From contig CM082593.2 in NCBI GenBank assembly GCA_040954595.2, positions 7,724,043 to 7,788,042 on the forward strand: 64,000 nucleotides of DNA, given 5' to 3'. Below, one piece after another: positions 38,593-56,200 of the stretch. The notes beneath the pieces were generated by a model. That model saw only the letters and a list, made by a program, of their open reading frames with translations, was not told the DNA's origin and searched no databases. The stretch is from Balanoglossus misakiensis (Eukaryota; Animalia; Hemichordata). Both the position numbers and the translations under genes were made by a program. Each line of letters starts with the position of its first letter. Position 1 is the stretch's first letter.

Positions 38593-40121
38593 ATTATGAT
38601 TTTTATATCCATAAAATACTATCTTGCATATGCAATTGAAACGATACAAATTTGTTGACGATCGAGTCAGACATTGATGAAACTTTAGAGTAAACTCCGA
38701 CATGAGTATGAGGAGAGGAATTCTTTTGGACCGACGACAAGTAACGCGTATTTTCCAGTAACGTTTCCCACAATATTAGCGGGCAACTTGTGCTGTTCCC
38801 TTCAGCGGAAAAAACACAAAATTTTCGACAAATGTGTTGTTGTCTTGTTTTACAGATGAGTGCCTCTCTAAAGCTATTTTTTACAACGATCTGAATAAAC
38901 GTGTCAAGGATCCCGTAAAACTGCAAAGTTTCTAATATTGAGTACCCGTAAAACATTGCAAAGTAATTTATCAAAACACCTCGACTCCAAAATTAGTTTT
39001 ATGCAAATATTTCTGATAAACTGAAGCCTTTGTTTTCGATGCCTATTGACTCTACAGGTCAGTTGGTAGCCCCGTAGGATAATCTACAGTCCAGAGTGCA
39101 CCAGTCCTGCACACCTGAACTGCAGATACCATTTTGCATCTGCCCAAAATATGCAAATGAGCTGATAAAATGTAAAAAAAATTGTCAAGACTCACAAAAT
39201 CAAGAATTGTTTCTTCGAAATTGATGTGCATGTATATACCTAAGTGACTTTTCTATACATTTTTATTGTTTAAGAGTGTTTTTTTTAATGATTTTGTCAA
39301 TATTGTATATTTAGGGGCAAGTCTTTGTAATTTGTCTGATTGCATAAATATTTGGATTGCAGGGTCACAAGAAAACCCCAAATCAGGATGTGTCGAAATT
39401 TTAGGCAAAAATATATATCTTGTATCTTTGGGGGCCTTGTTGATCAAAAATTCCCCTTCTCGGCAGTTGTATGACTAATTCATTTAAGTTTTGAGTGGCA
39501 ATTAGTAATTGTAGTAATTAAGTAATTATAATGAAATCTAATCATAATGAGCTTGACTTGTTAGCCTAAATTATGAAGAATATCCACAAACTACTAATAT
39601 GTACATTGCCATTATTTTATTTAGGAAACTCGTTGACCTCCAAAGGGGGGAAAACGCAAACGCTTCGACGGTAGAACGGTAGCTGATGATTAATTTTCTA
39701 TTTTCTGGTTTTACGACGTGTCTCTTTCACTACAGTGTTCTTTGTTTGACGCAAATTAATTGAAAATGTCAAAGATTCAATAACAGTGCAAATGTTCTAA
39801 ACTTAAATTCCTGACTACCCGTATAGCTTTCGTTTGGGCCGTTCGTCAAAATCGTTCCAAAATAGGTTTTAATTATTTTTTTTCTCTATTCAACAGAAGG
39901 TCTAGGGTCACTCGATAGTCTCGTGGTCATTAGGGGCGACGTCAAACATGAAATGCTCGAATGTGGATTGGGGTGCTTGGGAGTTTTGCCCCCACCCCAT
40001 GTTGTAAAGCGACAAATCGATCAGTGAAAAACCGTATTCTCGGTTGACCCTCCTCCACAACCAGTTCGGAATGCAGCGGTTATAATGGCGTTAGTTCTAG
40101 GACAATCTTTCACAATCCATA

Positions 40122-40915
40122 AGGCTGCATTCACAAACACCTCTGGAGGGGGGGGGGGGGGCGGGAGAATTGAGGGGGGATTTGAAAAAATTGAGGGTAT
40201 GTACATGTAAGGGGGGGATTTGAAATAATTTAGGGACTGAAAGGGGGGACTTGAAAACTTTGACGACTAAATATTTATTTTGAGTCCACAAAAATGCAGT
40301 TTCGCGCCCTTTATTTTACAAAATTTTCTAATGTGGGAGGGGGACACCCCCTCCCACATCCACCCCCTCCATTCACCAACACCTTTCAATCATTGACTGG
40401 TTTATCTAGTATCCAAGGTCAGGGGACTTGCCCCCACCCCATGATAACTTTGAGCGCCGACGGTTAAATTTGTCCTCTCCAACATACCGGTAGTTGAGTT
40501 AATTTGCTTTTGCCGGGTTCCTTAAAATGCAGCTTTGAGCTCTGTATTTTATAAAATTTTCTTACGTGGGAGGGGGACACCCCCTCCCAAACCCACCCCC
40601 TTCAATTCTCGGTTTACAATGTCTCCCAACACAGAATACAAATACTTAAAAAAATAAAAACAATGTTCAGTGAGAGGGTACATCAGTTTCAAATTCTTTT
40701 CATGGGAGCTCTGTTTTTCTTTTTTTACAAGATAGGTGATGTGTTTTGCTCTGTGAAAGAAAATGGGGGGGGGGGGATTTCAAAATTTTGGCAGTTCGGA
40801 AGGGGGGATTTGAAAATATTTCGGCTGTGTACGGGGGGCATGTGAAAATTAGCGGTAAAAAAAATTGAATTCTCCCGCCCCCCCCCTCCTCCAGAGGTGT
40901 TTGTGAATGCAGCCT
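40122..40915. mobile_element. About 800-bp non-autonomous DNA transposon with long TIRs
   Basis: aggctgcattcacaaacacctctggagg(G)ngcgggagaatt / aattctcccgc(C)ntcctccagaggtgtttgtgaatgcagcct. Internal duplicated palindrome gtgggagggggacaccccctccca at 40333 and 40566. Confidence 0.85.
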
Positions 40916-41138
40916 AAAGCCCGTGGCGCACACAGCAAGCCACCTAGCGACCCAATCTGATTACAACCAGATGTAGAGTTAGGCGCTGTTCTGTTCTCGG
41001 TAGTGTTATGTGTCTGTCATGTCCCTTCCGAACAGCCAAGAATAAGCAAAGGTAAAGACGGTGACCAACACTACATCTGATTTTAATCAGATTGCCCAGT
41101 GACCCAACCGAGAGTGCCGTGTGCAGGACATTCAGTCC

Positions 41139-41169
<31 letters not shown>

Positions 41170-41289
41170 TGTATGTATGTATGTATGTATGTATGTATGT
41201 ATGTATGTATGTATGTATGTATGTATGTATGTATGTATGTATGTATGTATGTATGTATGTATGTATGTATGTATGTATGTATGTATGTA

Positions 41290-41337
<48 letters not shown>
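41139..41337. repeat. (ATGT)n + (GT)n microsatellite
   Basis: About 38 ATGT units followed by about 22 GT units. Confidence 0.97.
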
Positions 41338-41338
<1 letters not shown>

Positions 41339-42883
41339 AATACTGGCCAGAAAAACAGAAAACGTTTTAGGATTATAATAAAAATATTTAAAAAGTTAAC
41401 AGCATGGTGAATGAAACTCCATGATTAAAAAAGAAATAAATCAACAGAATGCTGATGATTCAAAGATATCGGTAATTCTGTTTTTATTTAATACATAGTA
41501 CCATACAACCATTGCAACAGAAACAAATATAAGCCAAAAAGGATTCAAAAATAAAACAAGTATTAAAATGAAAATTTTGAAATAACTGGCAAGCTTGACT
41601 TGTACTTACATTTGAAGGTGTGAATTCTTTCTCATATAAACATGAGATTTCCTGATAGAAATATCCCATAATGAATTCATCAGTATTTGGAAAAATACCC
41701 AATTATACAAAATACATAAAAACTGCCTCAGTACAAAGTGTTAAAGTCATTGCACAGTAACAAAAGCAGCAAACTCACTCAATAAACTGCAAAACTGCTA
41801 TTTTTTGAACAGAGAAATTCACAGATTATTTCAGGATAATCAATGTTTGCATCAATCCTATCTTTTATACATTATATTGTTAGTCGACAAACATTATTTT
41901 GACTTTGTAGAAATTTCTAATACCCATGAGTTTATACTGCAATAGTTGTGTGTACTCTTGCAATGGGTGCCCGATTAAATGGGTGTGGCACCCATTTATT
42001 ATTTAACTTGTTTATATTTACAAGTACAGGTGCAATAAGGGGTTGATAATATGTTTGTGTATACCCATTACTTAACTCATTTAAATGTACCACTCTTAGT
42101 CTGAAAGTAAAATTATGAAAATAATAATGCAAAAATGGCAGCTATAAGGCATATCATGTTTGATAGTACCACAGTTGAATGAAAATTTTCAGGCGTGTCT
42201 TAGTAATGGCTACAGAGATTTAAAAATAGTGTCAGAGACTTTGTGCTCCCATTTGGTGAGAATTGGTTTTCAAGTGTGACATACCCAGGTATCAGTTATG
42301 ATGGATGTGTATTCATCAATTTCCAACACAAGAACACAAGAGGAATGTTTGACCTTAGATGAGTCAACAATTCATGAATAAATAGATGCAATAGATCAAT
42401 AAATCTGATGAAGATCGTATCAGGACCATGCCAGCCAAAGTTTAATGAAACTTGATGCGTGATTTCTGGAACATAGATTTTGTGGTTCAAAATGACCAAA
42501 AAATCACCTAAAAAACTGTCTTTATCAGAACAATTTCACATCATGAAAAAAAAAATGAAATCGGACAATCAGTTTCTGAGAACGGAAGATCCAGACCAAA
42601 AATTGACAACACCCCTGGTACTCGAAAACCAAATTGCTGACAATACTAAAACACTGCCTTGTAAATAAATATTGTATTGTCCTCCGTAGTCTTCCATGAC
42701 AATCAAGACATTCTCAGTCTGTTATTCTTTATCTCCACGACTTTCCAGTGGACACACACACTTAATGACCTTCTACTTGTCCATGTACAATACTCTCTAG
42801 TTGTTTGCAGCACAGTAATCCCTGTTTCCATTTTGTTGTTGTAAACACAAAAATCCATTATCACCAAATTCATTGTTTTTAGT

Positions 42884-47343
<4,460 letters not shown>

Positions 47344-49216
47344 GGCGAATACTTTCTGTAGCGGATCAGGACAACAGTGTTCACTGAGAGACGAGATGAC
47401 CCGAAATCAGTGCCGTGGTACTACCAGTTCAACTCAGTTCAGCCAAGTTGAGTACCACGTGATAGGATACAACCCTGACCTTTGAACGGAGTCTACGATC
47501 GCTCATGCACTTTTAATAGGGTACTTTTTGTTGCCACAAGAAGGCATTTACATGTACAATCGAAACTAAAAGTATTAAGCAAGTGCTTCATATAGGCGAG
47601 AGGTGAAGTCGTAGGAAAATCGGAGGGGGGGGGGTGTTGGTGAGTCCAAAAGGTGTTTTATTCATGTGATACCAGCTATGATAAGATGCACCAACTTGAA
47701 GTTTGAATGACTTTTTTTCTGACGAACAACCATTTTATTTCAAAATAAATAGCGCTCATCGAGGAGTCAGGGATGTTTTTTTTCTGTTTTGTATTACGTC
47801 GTTTATCGGACGGACGATTTCCACCATTAAATAATTTCCCGGTGGAATTTTATTCAGGTATGGAATGTCAATTAATTTTGAGTAACCAAGGCTGCCAACA
47901 AGGTTGGCCAACATTATTGAATAATGATCGGCAAAAGGTGATTGACATATTCTGCATACAAATATACAGGCGTTGGCCTATAGCCCGCTTTCGCAAAGAT
48001 TATACCATACCAGTATTTTTTTCATATGCTGACAGTCTCAAGGTTCTGTGACATTAATAATGTGCGATTAATTTGTCACGGGTTTTTACATAGAAATGTT
48101 TTATAAAACCCTTGAATAGTATTATATCATGCATTTAGACGGACATTCCATTATGTCTACTGAATGTTCAGAAATAAAACTTCACATCAAGGGTGAACGG
48201 GGATATCCGTGCATGTTTTTGCAAAACTTATCCCTCGTCTGTTGAAAACACATCGTTTTCTCGTGTTTAAGGTATCTTCAAATCCCGCCCTCTACGGCCG
48301 CACGAAGTTTTGCTTGAAGAAGGGCCGGGTGAACAAGGTCACAGCAAAAATCGCCGCACTTTTCTATTCAGAGATTACGCAAAGAAAAGTGTTAAAGTTT
48401 TCCTCCACGAGATTACATAAAACACATTTGTTATTTAAGCCTTGAAGCTCCAATAACTTCAACTTTGGGATAATTTTTAACTATTAGGGGAGAGGATTAA
48501 CCGCTTCTTGTTCTGCAAAAAAATTGCTGTGTTTGGTTCTTCAACACAACCCTTTTGTCAAATCAAATTTTGTTGAAAATTAAAGCAACCGGACAATCAG
48601 TTTTAGGGAAATGGATCGTTTTTACCAATAATGGAACAATTACCCCAAAATACAATATTAATTTTCATTATAGCGTTTGTAAATGATAATGAGAACACAC
48701 CTTGGATCCTGTATAAAACCAAATTTCAAAGCAATCAGGATAGAGGTTTATGAGAAATCGAGTTTTTGTCCAAAAATGGCAAAAATCACCCCAAAATATC
48801 CTTTTCATTTCTTCACCTTGATTTGAAAAAAAAATGAAAGAAACCATCTCTGCATGCACACCCTTATATGAAATTTTTAATAAATTGAAAAGTTATTTTA
48901 GTGAAGATTTTAAAACTAAAAATGAGGCAAATGACAAAAGCAATTCACCAAAATTAGCCATTTTCTGATATCACAAAAAAATGAAAAACATCTATATAAG
49001 GTCTCAATAAAGTAAATGCACACCCATTTTAAAAACAATTTGACCAATTTCACATTAACCAGCTAATTTGCATATTTTTGGCAATGACAACATCATTTGA
49101 ACAAACTCCCATCTACAGCCCGGCCTGCATCTACACACCAAATATCGAGGTGATATGCGCAGTGGTTTTCAAGTTTTTGATGTGGACGGACATACAAACA
49201 TACATACAGTACATAA

Positions 49217-49965
49217 ATAGAATCTCACACAGCCAAGGACATGGGATCATATTTCTCACACGAGTTGGGGATTTTCTAGACCTGATTCAAGTCTATGGGC
49301 TTCATTATATCATAATAAATACATTTTAAAAACTTGTTCCGAATCTCTCTATGTATCGTGTGTTGAGTAAAAGTCACCGAGTGTGAGTGCGTATGTACGT
49401 CAAGGGAACGCGTAGGCCCATTGGTCGACGCTAACCGAAACCGTGAGCCCAGTCCAAAATTAGAAACTAAACAAAACTCACTACTAGAAACACGCTCAAA
49501 GCAAGCATGCACGCAAAAAATTTTGAAATTATTTATAAAGACAAAAAAACACCGAAAACACAAACAAGTATTGAGATTCAAAAATCACCAAGCGACTAGT
49601 GGGCTAGTCTAGGGATTTTTTGTCCCACACGAGCCGCAGGCGAGTGTGGGACAGAATATCCCCGACGAGTGTGAGAAATATGATCCCAGGCCCTTGGTGT
49701 GTGAGATTCTATTTCTCACACGGTCGAAAATTAGCCAAATTCGTTAAAAACATTGAATAAATGACTCTGGAACTGTCGTCTGGGCATGTTGTAGTCTCTG
49801 TAATACACATCACGCCATTGGATAACATTTAGCCCTCATTTGAAAAAGAACGCTTTGTCAACCAATCAGCGCTCGCGCCATATGCAGCTTTTGATTCAGT
49901 GAGAGTGTGGGATTGATTTGTTCTCACACTCTGATCCCACACTCCCAGCATGCTAGGAGTGTGAC
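49217..49965. mobile_element. Repeat element with subterminal inverted repeats and an internal hairpin
   Basis: atagaatctcacac...gggatcatatttctcacac (49217-49261) is inverted at 49669-49712. Hairpin tgtcccacac-gagccgcaggcga-gtgtgggaca. 49921-49965 is the reverse complement of about 12295-12340. Confidence 0.65.
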
Positions 49966-51307
49966 AAACATCCATCCATACATCCATCCATCCCTACATA
50001 CAGATGCATCTGATCCCATAGGTCCCCCTGGTATATATACCTATACAAATGGGACCTAATGATCCAGAAGTAGATGTGTACATGCTATTTGCCACACTTC
50101 CAGATATATATGCACTGAAATTATATATTCACAACACTAACACAAGCGTTAATTCAGAAATTTTATTTCTTTTTGATTTAAACCCCCTTTTGGCAATCCA
50201 AATGCAGCAATTCATACAGAAGCTTGTGAGATGTATGTACATGCACCCTATAACTTAACGTAATAGTGCTGCATGCACTGGGTGATGTTATATTGTAGGA
50301 TATCTTGGATCGAAGAATTCCTGTATGTAGCATTATTTGAAGCACAAGCACATTGTAAATTTGTAGTTACATCATAGAATCATGATTTTTAAACTTGAGT
50401 AAACATAAATCAAGGCTTACTTAGAAATAAAATACAAAAGATTTGAAGTAGAAGAAGAACTTATTTTAGTTTTTCTTTAAAGTTTTGTCGTTGTCATTTT
50501 AAAGAAAACAATGTGATTGACCAGTAAACTGTTCAACAGAACGTCCTATTCTTTAAAAATTGATCCTAGAGCTCTACAAATATATAGTCACCTCTGCAAG
50601 TTTAATCACAGGCCAATCAATCACAGATGATCATTTGCAAGTTGGTCACATGAAAAAAAGTGCACCAGGGCAATGTCATCGGACGACTAAGGCATGCCCT
50701 TTTAATTATAAAAGGGCATATGAAAATTAGAGAAGATTATAAATACAGCTGCCATTACAAAAAAAGACACAAGAATGCACAAGATATATATAGGATAAAA
50801 ATTGTTGGACATTGATTCTTGGATGACGTATAATACTGTAATAGGTTCCTATCACCCATTATTATACATCTGGCACCGAGAACAATAGAATTTAGTATGC
50901 ACTAAAAAAGCCGTACGGAACGGTACGTACGGAACGCGTGTTAAATACGCCTTAAGTTTCAAGGCGCCCCAACTCACTGTGTACAGGTATGCGTTGTTAT
51001 GCGGACGGTTTCAAGACACCCCCAAGGCGTGTAAACAAAATGTAATGTGTTTCAGCTGAGCGGTTACAGTCAATCGTACCAGCTTTTTGAAAGCCAAGTA
51101 ATACGCAATGCAAGAACTAACCAAGATGCAAGATTGTATAATAATAAGGTTATTGCGAGAATACATGTACCACAAAGAGTATGCACTCGGGCATTAGTGC
51201 AGCGCATCGCTACGCGGCGCTAATGTCCTTGTGCATACTTTGCAGAATTTTCAAAATAACCTAATAGTATTGCATTACTGAATTGAAATCTGAGATAAAT
51301 GATGTTA

Positions 51308-53180
51308 ATTGCACTCACTGGTTACTTGAGGTATATGGAATATTGTTAAATCACAGAAAAAAACAACAACACATACTTTGGACTTCCAGTTATACATATC
51401 CGAAATATACTATTACATAAAAACCAGAAAACAATCCAAAAAAGTTCATACTTTTGATGATGAAAAGTAAATCTCATATCTTATGAACATTTGAATAGCA
51501 ACATCTTGTAAAAATCAACTGTTCTGATTGGATAAGGTGTACGTCAACACCAAGCAAGTTTGACAGGGAAACCACATCTGTTATTTTCTGTAAAGATTGA
51601 TAAATTTTCTATTTTTAGTACTGCAGAATATTTCAGCCTTGAGTAAAAGTAGGACAGCCTCAGGGAAGGGACTGAAGAATAATTCTGTGAGCAAAACTAG
51701 AGTCGAGCTCTAGCCAATGACAGATTTTCACTTGGATGGGCAATGCAATAAATTGCGCCACCACATGAAACACTGTCATCCTTGCCTATACAGGTATACG
51801 GGCATATGTAAATTAGAGGTTTTTTTATTCATTTACCCTTGTTAAACAAACACAGCTGCCAGTTAGAAAACACACAAATATTTCTATACCCCTTCACCAA
51901 TACTTCACAATTTTTTCATAGTGTATAGTATAAAAAACATGTTGAAAGTTGACTCTTTGATAACATACTACTCAACTACTGGTAATTGCACAGTTGTTGG
52001 AGTGTGAAAATCATTAAACACTGAAAAACCTTGCACCTTAACATAATAATGTTTGTAACACCATACACTCATACCTATCATGAGTTTCTTGAACAGAAGT
52101 TGTTGTAAGAAAATGGACAAAGGTAATTATTCACATTCTGATTGTACTTTTAAGAAGATTTTTCTTTGGCTAATGTAAGAAAGAACATCGCTTGTTCTTG
52201 GTGAAAAATATACTGCAGCTAATGGTAACAATTATCAAATCCATATGATAAGAAAGCATGGCAGCTGATCCCAATTTTTCCCCAGAAATGTGTAAGATAA
52301 TGCATTTATTACAGATATACATATTTTTCTTTTCATAAATACAGTGATACACATAATATTTATTTGTTGATAGGATTCTTTCATTTTCTATTAGATCTAT
52401 GTCATGATTTCACTGTCTTATGAGGACCAGGGCTGTCCATAAAACAACTGGCTACCTTGCATTACATTACCGTCTTTTTTCTTTAAAAAGAAACAGTCTC
52501 CTCCCACTAATGATCCACCACTTTCCTCCCAAGCAATTCCACCATCTGGTTTTGAAATTTTGGGGTCTAGTTTTGCAATATCTACACCCTTGAAAGGCCT
52601 GCTACTATTCATTTAAATTCTCAAACATGATCAGTGGGGTTACATGCATACACATAAAGTTATGAATTTGCACCCACTGGTTACTTGAAGTACAATGTAT
52701 TGAGTGGAATATTATAAAAGCAGTGTAAAAAAAACAACAACCAACAACAAATTCTTGGATTCCCAGCTATATGTACATATCCAAATATTTAAATACCGGA
52801 AAATGATCCAAAAATGTTCATACTTTTGATGATAAAAAGTAAATCTCATATCTTATGAACATTTGAATAGCAACATCTTGTAAATATCAACTGTTCTGAT
52901 TGGATAAGGAGTACGTCAACACCAAGCAAGTTTGACAGGGAAACCTTCCAATAAAGATCAATACATTTTGTAGTACTGCAGAATATTTGACAGGCTTGAG
53001 TAAAAGTTGGACAAGTAAAGAATAATTCTGTGAGCAAAACTACAGTAGAGCTCTACCCAATGACAGATTTTCATTTGGAAGACCATGCAATAAAGTGCAC
53101 CACCACATGGTCATTTGCACACTCAGAAACACTTAATCATTTAACCCATACAATGTATATGGACATGTGTAAATAGGGTG
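51308..53180. repeat. About 510-bp diverged direct duplication (51308-51820 / 52667-53180) just 3' of the RNF213 stop
   Basis: Shared blocks include gttcatacttttgatgat.aaaagtaaatctcatatcttatgaacatttgaatagcaacatcttgtaaa and tacgtcaacaccaagcaagtttgacagggaaacc. Confidence 0.85.
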
Positions 53181-53280
53181 GTTGTACCGTACTTCTTTAA
53201 GTAAATGGTCCAATGTAAGACTGCCTGGATGTTATGACATCAACAGTTGACTGTGGATAACCAATCGTCACTTTTCACTT

Positions 53281-56200
53281 CTAATACCTGGCAGACTCTG
53301 CACGTTGATATTTGATAAGGACAGACCACGTCCACCAGCAATGTTTCACCAGTATATCCTCAGGTAGGGTTTCTATGTTGGCAATCTCATCGTGGTCATT
53401 GAATTCTATGTACACCATAAGCACGTCTCTGAGACTGAAAAGGATAAAGAAAGACATATCTAAGCGACCAATTGTAATAATGAAGCCCAACAGCACAGCT
53501 ACATGTACATTGTTAGTTGGCCGGTTTGGGATGAATGACCTACATGTTTACTCATTATATATTCACGCAATTTGTTTGTTGAACAAGGTTGATAGACTTT
53601 GCTGCCGGGTCTATCAATCAGATTGATTGAGCCAGTTAAATTGTTGACCCACGCACACACATTGATACATTTATTTTTATTTTTTGTTTCATTTAACTGT
53701 TTAATAAAATTAATTTGCGTGTAGATTTCTGAACAAAATGATGCATCGGCATCATGGAAATCATGTCCTTTCTCTACCGGAATTGTTGAGTTGTTTTGGT
53801 TCATTCTCCGAATCTGACTCGGATATTACAATGTCGGGTGTTTCGCGTCGCGGACGGACTGAAGCTGTTCCACATTGGAAAGCTTCCTGGTGACCTCAAT
53901 AGCGGCCGCGCGTCCATCTAGGTCTGAGGCACGGTCCCGAGGGACCGTGTCTGAGGTCATGTTGTCTGGAGCTGCTATCTTGAATATCATTGAGAGTGCA
54001 AGCGCGAATGTTGCCATGAGCAACGCGTACAATAAATTGTGTTTTTTTTTTTCAAATTGTGATCTAGAGTCAGTTAATTGCATTACACCGGACTTCCCTG
54101 TAAATAAACAGGGGTAGCCAACTGGTGGCGTTCATTGTGTAATTGACGCTGAATGGGGCAACTCTCATTATACTCATTATACGTCCCTGAATGGGGCAAT
54201 GACCTCGGTCAGCACACTTTTTAATTGGTGAGGGTCGCAGCAAAAAGAAACCTCACTGAACAAATTATTTGAAAACGATAACATTCTTGTCTGGACATGG
54301 GGATTATTTTTGCGAAAGACTTGCCATTTGACCTTGTTTTTTACAGACAGATCTTGAGCGCATTTTACATACACTCATTGTCATGGTTGTCGCCGAATTT
54401 CAACCAGGACAAACTGCTAAGATGGGATTATGTACATTTATACAAGGGGAGTGATTGATTGTCCACGCACCTTTCTTTTAACCTGGTGGTAAGCCACCTG
54501 TCTACTACCTTGCATCTGGAAATGACAAACCGCTAATCACAGCAATTATCGCAGAATATATTTGAGCAAAGCAAGACTCGATTCGTATCAGCTTGGCCAA
54601 CTTTATTAATACGTTTGATTCATCCTTCCGCCAAGGTGGATTTACAGACGTACGTGCATACGTAGTATGCACAGGTTGTGTATCTGGCAAAAGTTTATTT
54701 TGCACGCAAATTCTATCCATTCATGCATGATATGCAAAACAACCCGTGTTCCGCACCGGGCCGACCTGCACATTAAAATACTGGTCGACCTGTGCTTGTG
54801 ATGGAGTACGCCCGCCCCCTCTATTTTTACTGGAAAACTTCTAAATGACAAAATGTTTCATTTGCAAGTTGATGCCACTTGTAAACACAGGTTTATTCCC
54901 CGATAGCGGAGATTACAACGTTTACCCATGTGATTAGTCTGGGAAGATGTTAAAACAGGCAGAAAACAAACGTTTGTTTTCACCAGTGCAATGACAAACT
55001 TTGGAAAGAGACATGATAAAAAGAGAAGTTCGATAGTGTGAGAATGGAACTGATTGGATCGGCAAGTGATTCAATGTGCTGATATTGCGCTGCCATTTTC
55101 CTGGGATCGGAAAGTTCCCCTATCATGTTTACTCATTATACAGTCACGCAATTTGTTTACGTCTAAGCAAGCCACGTGCGCGTGGGCAGAACTTTTATAC
55201 AATTTGCCTGTCTATCATTGTCTGGCTACGTCTCTTGACCGGCAAGTCCGCGTCTGATAAAATACATTCAATGAGCCGTCTTTACAGTATATCCGGACGA
55301 ATAATATACAGCACTGCCCCCATTCTGTTGTGTACGCTCGCGCTCATTGAGAACTATAAAATTTGGACGAAAAGACCCACTCAAGGCAGGAAATACAAAT
55401 TCATGTAGGCAAGAAAATACAGCGTTGAAAAGCCAGCGCCAAGCAAATAACCTGACCCGCACAACACATCTTGCGGTACTAGGCCGGCTCTTTTTCTCTC
55501 ACACACAAATAAACACAACAATAAAGACAATTTATCAAGAATACATATTTCAATAATATGCGATGTAATGTAATTTGAGACTTGGCGTTGTCAGTTGCAC
55601 ATTGTTCTTGCCAGGTAATGGGCCGCGGGGGCAGGGCGGGCCCACACTGTCATATCTTAACCACCAATATTAAAGTATGGCCACTGGTCAATTTCTGGTG
55701 CCCGTACCTACGTTCTCTGTTAATGTTTCCCAAGGGATGTGTCCTCCAACTTGAAAGTAAAGACAATCGGCAGTCTATCACCCCATTCATTTTTTGACTG
55801 TAAACCTAAATGGAAGCTAGTGTTCTTTATACTTTTTTCATTTGAAATATTGTGAACACACATGTGCCTAGAGAAATATTTGGACTTCTATTTGAAGCAA
55901 GTGGCAAGTCGAATCCGGCTAGATTTTTACAGTGGATCTTTTGCAGATGTTTTTGTTGAATAATACTGAGTTCAAGTTGATGAAAAAAAAAAATTTTGAC
56001 CTCCCACTACACAGTAAGACGTGTATTGTATGGTGAACGGTAGGCCGTAATGGATGCTGTGAATTCAGCTGTCTTTTATCAGTGGTCGCGCTTGCTTTTT
56101 ATTACCCAAGTCTCTGGGGAAGCAATGAAACCACAAATTGCGTCCCTTGCTGTTTTGAGTGCGTCTTTACCTAATTTGCATATTCTGAATAGGTTGTTGG

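Noticed and set aside
41083-41410. MYVC/HTYI repeat ORFs (also 17320-17919, 18588-19010, 37383-37698, 43673-43969)
   Set aside because: They are translations of microsatellites.
53826-54117. Overlapping 85-aa and 80-aa ORFs, one with a hydrophobic start like a secreted peptide
   Set aside because: No recognisable family, cleavage-site pattern or splice support; they lie in a probable repeat insert inside an RNF213 intron.
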